A stretch of DNA of 36,167 nt from Candidatus Thalassarchaeaceae archaeon. Its GTDB lineage: Archaea; Thermoplasmatota; Poseidoniia; Poseidoniales; Thalassarchaeaceae. A model generated the notes under the pieces. The model was not told the origin of the DNA and searched no databases. It was given only the letters and a program-made list of their open reading frames with translations. Within the stretch, counting starts at the first letter, position 1, and each line of letters starts with the position of its first letter. Shown here piece after piece: positions 17,365 through 27,735 of the stretch. Made by a program: the position numbers and the translations under genes. The stretch covers positions 1 to 36,167 of the forward strand of contig CAVOCV010000003.1 in the NCBI GenBank assembly GCA_963694325.1, in the 5' to 3' direction.

Positions 17365-17735
17365 TGAGAATTATTCTTGACACAGGTGTGCTTTTCCATC
17401 CTGATCTCCTCGCCCAACTCTCCGGCCGACCCGAAACGATCGTTCTCCCTGTTGTCGCATACGCAGAGAGAATCCGTCAATATGCGAGGAATGGGGTGAG
17501 ACCCCTGAACCTCAGGATTGAGCTCGCTGCATGTGACATTGAGATTGAACCGTTCTTCATTGAGGAAGCCGACCGTTACGCCCCCACTCAGATGGATGAT
17601 GCCCACTGGAATGCCCATGCTCGGGATGTGATGATTGCCGGTCACGTTCGGTCGACGGATGTGCTGTGGACGACAAATCCGAAAGATTTCATCGCCATCG
17701 GCATCCCGGAATGTCAGATTTATTCCATCGATTGA
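17364..17735 (+). CDS. PIN-domain (VapC-like) toxin
   Basis: MRIILDTGVL, VAYAE, RDVMIAG, LWTTNPKDF acidic PIN motifs. Confidence 0.85.
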   Translation: MRIILDTGVLFHPDLLAQLSGRPETIVLPVVAYAERIRQYARNGVRPLNLRIELAACDIEIEPFFIEEADRYAPTQMDDAHWNAHARDVMIAGHVRSTDVLWTTNPKDFIAIGIPECQIYSID

Positions 17736-17790
17736 GCCGCTGGGCTTTCGCTGTGAAGGTTGAAGAGATGTCGACAGAGCGGGCGGGAAC

Positions 17791-18723
17791 ATGAGCGACG
17801 AAGTGCGCAACGTGATCATCATCGGGTCGGGACCCGCCGGCTACACCGCTGGCCTCTACACCGCCCGCGCCATGCTGAATCCTCTGATGTTCGCAGGTTA
17901 CATGTCGGGCGGCCAGTTGATGCTGACCAGCGACGTTGAGAATTTTCCGGGCTATCCCGAGGGCATCGGAGGCCCGGAGATGATGGTGGACCTGAGGGCC
18001 CAAGCCGAGCGATTCGGCCTCGAGGTGCAGGACCGAAATGTCGCAAATGTCGACCTATCCGCAAGGCCCTTCACGGTCACGGTCGAGGACGAAACCTTCA
18101 GCGCCCACGCACTGATCATCTGCACCGGAGCCGAAGCCATCTGGCTCGGGGTCGAAGGTGAGGCGGAGCAGAAAGGCCGCGGCATCTCGACCTGTGCGAC
18201 CTGTGATGGTGCCTTTTTCCGCGACGAGGAGATCATCGTTGTCGGTGGTGGGGACTCTGCGATGGAGGAGGCCACCTTCCTGACTCGATTTGCCTCGAAG
18301 GTGACCATCGTTCACCGCCGCGAATACTTCCGAGCGAGCACGGTGATGTACGACCGAGCGATGGCGAATCCGAAGATCGAATTCGCCACATTCCGCCAGG
18401 TCAAACGCTTCCTCTCCGATGAGAAAGGATTGACAGGCGCGATTCTTGAAGACCCGCGTGACGGTTCCGAGCATGAGATCGCTTGCACGGGCGCCTTCAT
18501 CGCGATTGGTCACAAGCCGATCACGGCCTTCCTCGATGGACAATTGGCCACCGATGACGAGGGATACTTGGTCCATGGAGAACACACGATGACCGATGTG
18601 TCGGGCGTTTTCGCTGCGGGCGATGTGGTCGACAAGCGCTACCGGCAGGCCATCACCGCTGCCGGACAAGGCTGTGCTGCAGCCATCGATGCCGAGCGTT
18701 GGCTTGAAGACAACGAGCACTGA
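17791..18723 (+). CDS. trxB: Thioredoxin-disulfide reductase
   Basis: IIGSGPAGYTA, GGQL, ENFPG, CATCDG, VVGGGDSA, GVFAAGDV. Confidence 0.96.
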   Translation: MSDEVRNVIIIGSGPAGYTAGLYTARAMLNPLMFAGYMSGGQLMLTSDVENFPGYPEGIGGPEMMVDLRAQAERFGLEVQDRNVANVDLSARPFTVTVEDETFSAHALIICTGAEAIWLGVEGEAEQKGRGISTCATCDGAFFRDEEIIVVGGGDSAMEEATFLTRFASKVTIVHRREYFRASTVMYDRAMANPKIEFATFRQVKRFLSDEKGLTGAILEDPRDGSEHEIACTGAFIAIGHKPITAFLDGQLATDDEGYLVHGEHTMTDVSGVFAAGDVVDKRYRQAITAAGQGCAAAIDAERWLEDNEH

Positions 18724-18734
18724 CCGCCTCTTCG

Positions 18735-19850
18735 ATGGAGGGGCTATCACCTGCGGACCGGGCGCGCTATGCGCGCCATCTCACCTTGCCACAGGTCGGC
18801 GAAGCGGGACAGACTCGGCTCAAGGGGAGTCGAGTCTTCTGCGTCGGCGCCGGTGGGTTGGGCTCTCCCGCCCTGCTCTATCTCGCCGCTGCGGGTGTCG
18901 GCCATCTGACGATCATCGATGACGATACCATCGAGCGCAGCAATTTGCAGCGACAGATTCTCCACGAGGATGAAGCGGTTGGCACCTTGAAATCGGAATC
19001 GGCCCGCCAGCGTTTGGCAGCACTCAACCCCTCGATTTCCATCGAGATTCACAGCAGTCGATTGACATCTCAGAACGCTTTGGAATTGATGCAAGGCCAC
19101 GACATCGTGCTCGATGGAACCGACAATATCCCGACCCGATATCTGGTCAACGATGCCTGCGAATTGCTGGGCATACCATGGGTCTATGGAAGCATTTACC
19201 GATTCGAAGGCCAGGTTTCCGTGTTCAATCTCGATGGAGGTCCGACCTATCGAGATCTCTTCCCGACCCCGCCGCCGCCCGAGACCGTGCCCTCATGTGA
19301 GGAGGGTGGCGTGCTCGGTGTGCTGCCGGGGGTAATCGGTTCGATTCAGGCCACGGAGGTCGTCAAGGTGCTCTTGGGCATCGGCGAGCCACTGCGCGGT
19401 TGTCTGCTGGTTTACGATGCGCTCGAAATGTCGATGCGGACGCTGAGCTTCTCCGCCCTCGAACGGACACCGGTCACAGAATTGATTGATTACGAAGGAT
19501 TCTGCGGTGTCACGCCAATGGCCATGCCCTTCGCAGAGATCGGTCCGCGGGATTATCTTGCTCGACGTGACTCGGGTTGGGCCCCGCTCTTCATCGATAC
19601 ACGGAATGAAATCGAAGCCTCAATCGTGACGCTGCCCGATACGCATTCATTGATTCCGCATGAAGAGATCTTGATGTCCGACCTGCCAAAAGACCGGGAC
19701 ATCGTCTTCTACTGCCGGACAGGGGGTCGTAGCGCGATGGCTGCCTACGCCCTGGCGATGTCTGGACATGACCCCAACCGGCTCTACAACCTCGCAGGCG
19801 GCATTCACGCCTGGCATGCCGAGGTCGATGCATCTGTCGTGAAGTACTGA
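18735..19850 (+). CDS. moeB: MoeB/ThiF adenylyltransferase fused to rhodanese (MoeZ/UbaA-like)
   Basis: RYARH, VGAGGLGSP, SNLQRQ, DGTDN, PSCEEGGVLG; rhodanese FYCRTGGRS and NLAGGIHAW. Confidence 0.92.
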   Translation: MEGLSPADRARYARHLTLPQVGEAGQTRLKGSRVFCVGAGGLGSPALLYLAAAGVGHLTIIDDDTIERSNLQRQILHEDEAVGTLKSESARQRLAALNPSISIEIHSSRLTSQNALELMQGHDIVLDGTDNIPTRYLVNDACELLGIPWVYGSIYRFEGQVSVFNLDGGPTYRDLFPTPPPPETVPSCEEGGVLGVLPGVIGSIQATEVVKVLLGIGEPLRGCLLVYDALEMSMRTLSFSALERTPVTELIDYEGFCGVTPMAMPFAEIGPRDYLARRDSGWAPLFIDTRNEIEASIVTLPDTHSLIPHEEILMSDLPKDRDIVFYCRTGGRSAMAAYALAMSGHDPNRLYNLAGGIHAWHAEVDASVVKY

Positions 19851-19911
19851 TTTCAGGCGTCGTGGAAGGAGAGCATTCATGGGGCGTCCCCAACGGCCGA
19901 AGGCCGTTCTC

Positions 19912-20913
19912 ATGGCATCAATCATCATCGCAGACGAACAGGAGGGGCGTCGCAACCTCTTGGCGGGCTCAATTGAGCGGGAGGGTTACACCGTGACGCG
20001 CGCCGGCACGTTGCGCCAATGCGAGGGGACTGCGCTCGCGACCATGCCCGATGTGGTGTTGATCGATGGGGAATGGAAAACCGGCGATGCGATCGATTGT
20101 GCAAGCCGCCTTTCGACCGACCCTGAATTCGCCCTCAAGTGCCGAATCGTCATCCTCGCGCAATCCTCCGGAGAGGAGTATCTGATCTCAGCCGCAAAGG
20201 CTGGCGTCTCCGAAGTGATGGCGAAACCGGTTGACATGAATCGACTTCTGGCTCAGCTCGACAAGCATGCCAAGAAGCTCTTCGTCGAGCCACCGGCCGA
20301 CATTCGAAAGGGCTCGGGCACAGGATTTTTCGATGTCTCAGTGACACCAGGAGACCCATCTTGGTCACTGCCGATCCTCAAGGACCTGCTTGGAGAGGGC
20401 GCGATCGATACCGCCTTTGTCGGTAATCTTCTCGAACGGATGGATGCTGACATCGACGTCGATATCGAGGTGCTGGAGGAATTGCTCCGGATGGCCTTCG
20501 ATGATCTGGTACTCGGCGCTGAGGTCAGCGTCGATCTCGATGAAGACCTGTCTGACGAGGAGCGCGAGGCCGCCATCGCCGAAGCGAAGGCCACGCGCAG
20601 CAGTCGTCTGGTCGAAGCCATGGAAACCCAAGCAACCTCAATCGAATCGGAATTGGACACCCAGTTGGACCGTCTGATGGACCCTCCGGACAAGGTCGCC
20701 ATTCTGACAAAATTCACCGGCATGGTCCCGGTCGACCCGAACACATTGAGAATGACCAGGCTCTCTTTGGAGATTATCCAGGAATTATTCTGGAACATGG
20801 GCATCCCAGTGAGAGAGAATCTGGGCATGTATTCCACCCAACTCGAAGACGCCCAGCAGTTGATTGTTGACTGCCTCGAATCCCTGCCAGATGCACCGGA
20901 CGAGGAGGAGTGA
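19912..20913 (+). CDS. Response-regulator receiver domain protein with acidic helical C-terminal region
   Basis: IIIADE, PDVVLID, AGVSEVMAKPVD. Start ATG 19912 preferred. Confidence 0.75.
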   Translation: MASIIIADEQEGRRNLLAGSIEREGYTVTRAGTLRQCEGTALATMPDVVLIDGEWKTGDAIDCASRLSTDPEFALKCRIVILAQSSGEEYLISAAKAGVSEVMAKPVDMNRLLAQLDKHAKKLFVEPPADIRKGSGTGFFDVSVTPGDPSWSLPILKDLLGEGAIDTAFVGNLLERMDADIDVDIEVLEELLRMAFDDLVLGAEVSVDLDEDLSDEEREAAIAEAKATRSSRLVEAMETQATSIESELDTQLDRLMDPPDKVAILTKFTGMVPVDPNTLRMTRLSLEIIQELFWNMGIPVRENLGMYSTQLEDAQQLIVDCLESLPDAPDEEE

Positions 20914-21731
20914 GAATGGTGCAACACCTCGACCAAGCCCGTCACATGAAGGCGCACCAGCCGCGGCTTTACCGCTGGCGGGTCGCCTTTGGTCTGCTCT
21001 TCATCACCGTCTGCCTGGTCTGTGGCATTCTGCTGTTCAAGAACCATGCCAAGGTCACTTCATTTGTGGATGATGCCGGCACACTCGGCATGATATGGTT
21101 CGTGGTCGGCTTGTCTATTGCTGTGATGCTGCTGATGCCGACGCCTTTCCTCAAGATGTTCGCAGGTGCTGTATTTCCCTATCCCATCGCCGTCTTGGTC
21201 AACTTCGCCGGGTCGATGATCGGTGGCATCGGCGCCTTCGTCTTCGGGCGTTGGCTATTTCGCGATGCGATTCTTGCAGCGATCCAGGACGATGTGAAAT
21301 TGAAGCGGATCGATGCGGCCCTCGGCGAGGAGAGCATGCGCATCTCGATTCTGGTTCGACTCTCGCCACTCCTTCCCGATGAACTGCTGAACTACATGCT
21401 CGCCGCGGGGCCGGTACGGCTGCGCACTTTCATCCTCTCGAACATGGCGAGCCTGGTCTTCTGTGTGGTCTATGCCTACTATGGTTGGGTGATTGGAGAG
21501 ATCGCCCTGCGCGAGTCCGGCATCGCTGCATTCCAATCATCGTCCGCTGCACTCTGGCTACTGATTGCGGGCGTGGTCGCCTCGGTGGTCGCCAGCGTCA
21601 TCGTCACCCGCGTGACGATGAAGTCTCTCAACGATGTCATGGGGGAAGAAGTGGATCCGTCGACCGAAGGAACGGACCCGCTAGCTTTGGTTGTCGAACC
21701 CCGGTCGAACGCTTCGGAGGATTCTCGATGA
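20910..21731 (+). CDS. DedA/TVP38 (VTT domain) membrane protein
   Basis: FAGAVF, GSMIGGIGAFVFGRWL, ILVRLSPLLP..LLNY. Start may be ATG 20917 or 20946 region. Confidence 0.87.
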   Translation: MRMVQHLDQARHMKAHQPRLYRWRVAFGLLFITVCLVCGILLFKNHAKVTSFVDDAGTLGMIWFVVGLSIAVMLLMPTPFLKMFAGAVFPYPIAVLVNFAGSMIGGIGAFVFGRWLFRDAILAAIQDDVKLKRIDAALGEESMRISILVRLSPLLPDELLNYMLAAGPVRLRTFILSNMASLVFCVVYAYYGWVIGEIALRESGIAAFQSSSAALWLLIAGVVASVVASVIVTRVTMKSLNDVMGEEVDPSTEGTDPLALVVEPRSNASEDSR

Positions 21732-24307
21732 CCCAAACCGAACTACCTCACCTGTGGGGGGATGCCTGGAAACCGCGGGCCCATCTCGACCTCTCTCACA
21801 CGGTTTCGAAGTCGGATATCAAGGACGAATTGGTTCGTTTCATCGCCGAACGTCACGATGGGCACCTGCGTCTTGTCGCCTATCTATTCGATGAGATCAC
21901 CACCGAGATGGAGGATGATCTGGATGGACCGGCTCTGCATCTCTTGAATGAGGCCTTCGTCACACGGTTGGGAGAAAATCTCAGCGGCAGGGCCGAGGAG
22001 GTCGACCTTTCGAATGCGGACGTGATCCCCCGGCGTAGTGGTGCGCTCCACCTCTCCCGTCGCGAAAAACGATTTCTCATCGATGTCCGCCTCTGTCTGC
22101 GTCGCATCGCACACAGTGCCGCTGTCACCCTCGACCAACGGCTCGACTGGCAGCGCTGGATGACGCGCACCCGGTGCCTCGATGGACACCTGAAGGACCT
22201 CTTCATGAACGGCGTTCCAACACCCGATGGCGGCCGCTTCGGTGGCAAAGGGTTCCGCTCGACTTGGCAGGAGGCCATCGTCGCCTGTGCAACCGCGCTC
22301 AATTTGGCCAAAGACCAGCCCTCCGGCAGTCAGCACAGTGGGGATGTGGTCGCCCCGATGATCCGTGACATCGGGTTGGCAATGGCCATGGGCCAAACGC
22401 CGACCGACCTATTCTCAGCACAGATGGGAAAGGCGGATTCCTACATGGATGGCGGCCATGCCGGCGCCGGCGGGCGCGACCTTCACATCGGCGACATGCG
22501 ACTCGGTGTTCTGCCACCGACCGCGCCACTGCCGATCGCCAGCGCGACGACGACCGGCATTGCTCTGGCCAGTCAGCGGCTCGGGATGCGCCGATTCCAA
22601 TTCGCCCCCGTGGGCGAGGGGTGCTCCTCTTCGGGTGAGTTCTGGGAGGCGATGAATTTCGCCGGTGCCAGAGGACTCCCAATTGCATTCATGATCCAGA
22701 ACAATCAGATCGCACTCGACACATTCACCGTCGGTCAATCCGCTGCAGAGACCTGGGGCGACAAGGGCAGCGCCATGGGCATGCCCGCGTGGACCATCGA
22801 TGGTAGCGACCCGGTGAACTTTCACGCCAGCGTTGCCGTCGCCCGAGAGTTCGCTCTCGAGGGCGGCGGACCGGTCCTCATCCACGTCGAAACCATGCGC
22901 GGCTGTGGCCATGCCCACCACCACGACGATCTCTATCTCGGCGCGGCCAGCGGCAATCCCCCCGGCTATGCGGACAAGGAACTGCTCCGCTATTGGGAGG
23001 CCAAGGATCCCGTTCCCAATCATCGAGCTCTGCTGCGAACCATGGGCGTGACCGAGGCCAGTCTCGTGGCGATGGAGGCGGAGGAAGAAGCGTTCGTCAA
23101 CGCCGGTCGCGAAGCGATGGAAGCGATGGCGTGGCCCGATGGTGACACGGTGCGTCACGGCATCACGACGCTGCACGATGCGGATTCTCATCAGATGCAA
23201 CTCGACCGGCTCAAAGCCTCTCAGAACGCGCCGGATCAGACCGTCCCAGATGGACAGGTGACCCTCGCCTTCTCCGACGAGGCGAATGCCTGGTCCTACT
23301 CGCGTGCGATTTCGAACGGGATGGTCGCCATCGCCGAGCGGTATGGGGCCTCGACGGTCTTCATGGGAGAGGACATGGAGGTGGCCGGTGCCTTCGGGAT
23401 GAACATGCCACTGAAGACCCAAGGACATGCAGACCTCTTGCTCGACATGCCCCTGTCCGAGGCGCTCATCGTCCACGCCGCCACCGGGGCAGCGCTCGGT
23501 GGCATGCGCCCGATGGCTGAGATTCAATTCGGCGGCTTCGCCGCCTTGGCGATGAATGCGCTCATCAACAACGCCGCCCAACTGCGCTGGCGATGGGGCG
23601 CGGATGTACCGCTGGTCGTGCGCATCCCACTCGGTGCCAAGACCCGCAGTGGGCCCTTCCACGCCAACATGATCGAATCCTGGTTCGTCAACGACCCGGG
23701 GCTGGTCATCGCCTTCCCCTCCAATCCACAGGATGCCTACGACATGCTGGTCGAAGCGGCCGCACTGAACGACCCAGTCGTCTTCCTCGAACATCTCGGA
23801 CTCTACGGTTTGCGCGGTGGCGTCACCGGTTGGGGTGACCGAATTCACATGCAGGTCGACACCGAATCCGTGGCCAAGGCCATCGAGTCGGGAGAGACTT
23901 ACAAACTCGGGAAAGCGAATGTTGTGCGCGGTGGTTCCACCGCGACCGTCGTCACTTGGGGTGCCATGGTCCACGTCGCATTGCAGGCGGCGGAACAACT
24001 CTCAGCCGAGGGGGTTGAAATCGAAATCATCGATCTGCGCACCCTCGCGCCTTTCGATGCGGAGACCTGTGCCGCCAGCGTTGCCCGCACCGGCCGGCTG
24101 CTCGTCCTGCAGGAGGCCCAGTACACCGGCGGCTTCGGCCATACCGTGAGCAGTCGCATCCAGGAGGCCTGCTTCTGGAGCCTTGAAGCGCCGCCGGTCG
24201 TCCTCGGCGCCCTCGACACACCGGTACCCTTCGCCCCCACACTGGAGGACCACACGATTCCCACGGTCGATTTGTTGGCCGATCACCTTCGCAATCTGAC
24301 AGCGTGA
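21728..24307 (+). CDS. 2-oxoacid dehydrogenase E1, fused alpha+beta subunits with N-terminal extension
   Basis: TPP motif GEG...EAMNFA...QNNQIA, RGCGHAHHHD, beta-subunit FMGED, DMPLSE, AEIQF, GPFH, EIIDLRTL. ATG 21728 overlaps the upstream stop. Confidence 0.9.
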   Translation: MTQTELPHLWGDAWKPRAHLDLSHTVSKSDIKDELVRFIAERHDGHLRLVAYLFDEITTEMEDDLDGPALHLLNEAFVTRLGENLSGRAEEVDLSNADVIPRRSGALHLSRREKRFLIDVRLCLRRIAHSAAVTLDQRLDWQRWMTRTRCLDGHLKDLFMNGVPTPDGGRFGGKGFRSTWQEAIVACATALNLAKDQPSGSQHSGDVVAPMIRDIGLAMAMGQTPTDLFSAQMGKADSYMDGGHAGAGGRDLHIGDMRLGVLPPTAPLPIASATTTGIALASQRLGMRRFQFAPVGEGCSSSGEFWEAMNFAGARGLPIAFMIQNNQIALDTFTVGQSAAETWGDKGSAMGMPAWTIDGSDPVNFHASVAVAREFALEGGGPVLIHVETMRGCGHAHHHDDLYLGAASGNPPGYADKELLRYWEAKDPVPNHRALLRTMGVTEASLVAMEAEEEAFVNAGREAMEAMAWPDGDTVRHGITTLHDADSHQMQLDRLKASQNAPDQTVPDGQVTLAFSDEANAWSYSRAISNGMVAIAERYGASTVFMGEDMEVAGAFGMNMPLKTQGHADLLLDMPLSEALIVHAATGAALGGMRPMAEIQFGGFAALAMNALINNAAQLRWRWGADVPLVVRIPLGAKTRSGPFHANMIESWFVNDPGLVIAFPSNPQDAYDMLVEAAALNDPVVFLEHLGLYGLRGGVTGWGDRIHMQVDTESVAKAIESGETYKLGKANVVRGGSTATVVTWGAMVHVALQAAEQLSAEGVEIEIIDLRTLAPFDAETCAASVARTGRLLVLQEAQYTGGFGHTVSSRIQEACFWSLEAPPVVLGALDTPVPFAPTLEDHTIPTVDLLADHLRNLTA

Positions 24308-24339
24308 AGGCTAAGACCAACCGTCCTCTGGCAGGGGAC

Positions 24340-25488
24340 ATGGTGGACTTCCGTCTCTCGGAGGAGCAGGAGATGCTGCGCGAACTCGCGCACGAATTCG
24401 CCGCCGAAACCGTCCGCCCGATGGCCGAGCACTGGGACCAGAACAGCGAGTTCCCCATCGATGCGATCGCGGCGGCACACGAACTCGGCCTGATGAATCT
24501 CCACATCCCTGAAGCCTACGGGGGCATGGGCATGGGAACCATGGATGAGGTCATCGTCCAAGAGGAGTTTGCATGGGGTGACCCGGGCTTCGCTACAGCA
24601 GCCTATAGCAACGGACTCACGGCGGCACCCATCATCACAGGCGGCACCGAATTCCAGAAGGAGAAGTACCTCGGTCGCCTCACGGAGGCGCCCAGAATCG
24701 CCGCCTATGCGGTCACGGAACCTGGCGCTGGAAGCGACGTTGCAGCCATTACAACCTCCGCGGTCAAGGATGGCGATGACTACATTCTCAACGGCGCCAA
24801 GATGTTCATCACAGGGGCTGGAAAAGCGGACTGGTTCTTCGTCCTCGCCTACACCGACAAGGCGGCGGGATACAAGGGCATGTCCGCCTTCATCGTCGAG
24901 GCAGGATGGGAAGGGGTCAATCTCGGAAAGAAGGAGATGAACATGGGTCAACGCGCTTCTGACACCCGCGCGGTCAACTTCGAGAACGTGCGCGTCCCGG
25001 CCGAGAATCTGGTCGGTGGGGTCGAGGGCAAGGGCTGGTTCAACGCCATGACGGCCTTCGATCTATCCCGACCCAACATCGCCGCCCACGCCACCGGTAT
25101 CAGCCGGGCAGCCTTCGAGCACGCGCTACAGTACGCCGACGAGCGCGAAACCTTCGGCAAGAAGTTGCACCAACACCAATCGCTCCAATTCATGCTGGCC
25201 GACATGAAAACCAAGATCGAAGCCAGCCGCGCCCTGACCTGGAAGACCGCATGGGAATCCGATCAGGGCATCCGCAACACGGAGAGCGCGGCCCATGCCA
25301 AGCGCTTCGCTGCGGACACAGCGATGGAGGTCACGACCGATGCGGTGCAGATCTTCGGGGGCTATGGCTACTCTGAGGAATACCCGGTCGCCCGGCTGAT
25401 GCGTGCCGCGAAGGTGATGCAAATCTACGAGGGATCCAGTCAGGTCCAGCGCATGATCATCGGCCGCGAGATGACCCGAAACCTGTGA
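24340..25488 (+). CDS. Acyl-CoA dehydrogenase
   Basis: IPEAYGGMG, AVTEPGAGSD, LNGAKMFIT, RETFGK, AVQIFGGYGY, IYEGSSQVQR; GGGGA SD before ATG 24340. Confidence 0.95.
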   Translation: MVDFRLSEEQEMLRELAHEFAAETVRPMAEHWDQNSEFPIDAIAAAHELGLMNLHIPEAYGGMGMGTMDEVIVQEEFAWGDPGFATAAYSNGLTAAPIITGGTEFQKEKYLGRLTEAPRIAAYAVTEPGAGSDVAAITTSAVKDGDDYILNGAKMFITGAGKADWFFVLAYTDKAAGYKGMSAFIVEAGWEGVNLGKKEMNMGQRASDTRAVNFENVRVPAENLVGGVEGKGWFNAMTAFDLSRPNIAAHATGISRAAFEHALQYADERETFGKKLHQHQSLQFMLADMKTKIEASRALTWKTAWESDQGIRNTESAAHAKRFAADTAMEVTTDAVQIFGGYGYSEEYPVARLMRAAKVMQIYEGSSQVQRMIIGREMTRNL

Positions 25489-25773
25489 CCATCAATCCTC
25501 TTCAGAGGGCGGGGTCGTGCGTTCTGTCATCGTCCGAACCAACTTCTGATACTGCGGAAGAAACAACGTGAGTTCGTCACCTCTTCCGGCTCATATGGCC
25601 AATGGTTTGCTCTGAGTCAATTCAATTTCCAGCCGTCTGTTTTGTAGACGAATTGATCCCCTTCTACGATGATTCCCAAGCGCATGGCACCGTCGAAGAT
25701 GCGCCTCTACTTGAACCAGAGACAAAAGTTCGGGGCGATGAGGCCATCAACCCCTGATGCTTCGACCGGTTCG

Positions 25774-26352
25774 ATGGGTGCAACACGCTGCATCGTTCTG
25801 GCCGCCGGGGCCAGCCAACGATTGGGTCAGCCCAAGGCACTCCTTCCGTTTGGTGAGATGACGCTGATCCAGTATCTTGTCGAGAGATTGGAATCCTTCG
25901 GCCTCCAACCGGTCATCGTCACGAGGGCAGAACTGAGCGTTGACATCATGCTCGCTCTGCCCGAGCGAATCATTGTCATCAATCCAAATCCAGAGGCCGG
26001 CAGGACCGGGTCACTGCAGACCGGTTTGAAACAGATTCTCGATTCAAAAGGCGGGCAGCGCGCCTTCAGATTACTCATCGCCCCAGTGGATCGACCGGGA
26101 TTCTCAGATGCCACGTTGAAGACGCTGCTCGACAGTGAAACCTGCCGATGTCCTAGCAAGGATGGCAAGGGAGGTCACCCGCTGTTGTTGATGGCCGAGG
26201 ATGTGGCGCGAGTTCTCACCGCAGACCCCTCAACGCCGCTTCGGGACCTCTGTTCTCCGACCCGATTCGAGGTCGAAGATGCGCACCTCCATCTGAATCT
26301 CGATGAGCCAAATGACCTCGAGGCTCTACAGGGTCTCGTGGAATCGATGTGA
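25774..26352 (+). CDS. MocA/MobA-like nucleotidyltransferase (probable Moco cytidylyltransferase)
   Basis: IVLAAGASQRLGQPKALL, GRTGSLQTGL, APVDRP, GGHPLL, NLDEPND; xdhC nearby. Confidence 0.83.
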   Translation: MGATRCIVLAAGASQRLGQPKALLPFGEMTLIQYLVERLESFGLQPVIVTRAELSVDIMLALPERIIVINPNPEAGRTGSLQTGLKQILDSKGGQRAFRLLIAPVDRPGFSDATLKTLLDSETCRCPSKDGKGGHPLLLMAEDVARVLTADPSTPLRDLCSPTRFEVEDAHLHLNLDEPNDLEALQGLVESM

Positions 26353-26522
26353 GTGGGGCTGGAATCTGTGATTCACCTTAAGGCCAGAACGAATGGCATC
26401 AACATCGATGAAGCGCATCCTTCCATGGTTGGTTTTCCTCTCATTCCTGACCGTTGGCATGCCGCTTCAACAGGACGTTTTCATCTCGATTGAATCACCG
26501 CAGATAAAGTGGGAGACCTGAC

Positions 26523-27713
26523 TTAGAAATTCACACCTGCAAAGAGCAGGAACAAACCGGTAAGGAGGGCGGGAATGGTTGTATGAACCGTTGCCCATAG
26601 GCTCGCCGCCTTGTGCCGCACTAGCAATGGAAAGAGTGCATCACCGTCCTGACTAATTGCGTTCGCCGCCAATGCGGGAAACGATATTACATCCCGCGTG
26701 TAGGCTGTGATGGCGAGAATCTGAGGCCCGCAGCCCGGAATCAATCCAATCGTCGCTGCGACGATGACAGCAGCAACTCCGCCACCATATCGCGCAAGAT
26801 CTTCTTCGACCAAACCGCTGAATAGCAACGTGAAGGAGAATGCAAAGTATGCGATCATCACCCAGAAAGTGACGAAGGCAGTTTCACTCGCGGCGTGAAC
26901 CATGGTCTCGTGCATCGAGTGGAGTTTGTCGCCAATCGTCGCTTCGGTATCGTCAGCGATCCAATTCCTCTGGGCAATGTAAAGAATGACCGATAACGAG
27001 GTTCCGAGCAACCCGACCCAAGTGATGAAACCGTGGAGCGTCAACGGATTGTAGCTCAACTCAAGAGCGAAATCTGAATCCTGGCCAACCCATACCAGAA
27101 GCATCACAGCGAGTATCAGGCCGACAAGGGTGACCAGCCACCATAGAACGTAACCCTGATGCAGAATCCTGTAACCGATGCCATCTTGCAATTCACGTGG
27201 AAGGTCATCGAGTGGAGACGTCCGGTCATCCTCAGCCACGGGATCTTTCTCACCCACCGCCGGTCCATATCCGCCCAGCGGTTTGTGAGGTGTGATACCC
27301 AGACCATCGATCAAATAGCCCCAGAGCACACCGACAACGAAGGATATCGCATGTACGGCGAGGACGGGCGCGATGAATCTGGGGTCAGCGACGGCGGCAC
27401 CGATCAGCACGAAGGCTGAATCACCCAACGTGGCAATCAATGTCGCAACAACCGTCCCGTAGCTGACGTAGCCGCGCGCATACATCGGCATCATGATGAT
27501 GGCACCACCACATCCTGGCGTGAGCCCCATGACTGCACCGATGAGGGGTTGAAGCTTCTTCCGTTTCTGAATCGCCTCAACGAATCGTCCACTCGTCGCG
27601 TACTGCAACCAACTGAACAGAAGAACCATGGCTGCAACGAAAACCGTGACTGCGAGGAAGGCATCACGCATGCTGATGATGATGATGTTTAGCACCTCAT
27701 CGAGGGTGACCAT
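26523..27713 (-). CDS. Putative manganese transporter (10-TM heavy-metal permease family)
   Basis: Duplicated GLTPGCGG and GLIPGCGPQI motifs, ATLGDSAF and ISQDGDALFP; ATG 27713 with GGGGGT SD. Confidence 0.82.
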   Translation of the reverse strand: MVTLDEVLNIIIISMRDAFLAVTVFVAAMVLLFSWLQYATSGRFVEAIQKRKKLQPLIGAVMGLTPGCGGAIIMMPMYARGYVSYGTVVATLIATLGDSAFVLIGAAVADPRFIAPVLAVHAISFVVGVLWGYLIDGLGITPHKPLGGYGPAVGEKDPVAEDDRTSPLDDLPRELQDGIGYRILHQGYVLWWLVTLVGLILAVMLLVWVGQDSDFALELSYNPLTLHGFITWVGLLGTSLSVILYIAQRNWIADDTEATIGDKLHSMHETMVHAASETAFVTFWVMIAYFAFSFTLLFSGLVEEDLARYGGGVAAVIVAATIGLIPGCGPQILAITAYTRDVISFPALAANAISQDGDALFPLLVRHKAASLWATVHTTIPALLTGLFLLFAGVNF

Positions 27714-27735
27714 ACCCCCTGCCTCGGAATGGAAC

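Noticed and set aside
25489-25773. Relatively long intergenic region with a small hairpin (CCTCT-TC-AGAGG) after the acyl-CoA dehydrogenase
   Set aside because: No convincing ORF, ncRNA motif or poly-T tract; too weak to call.
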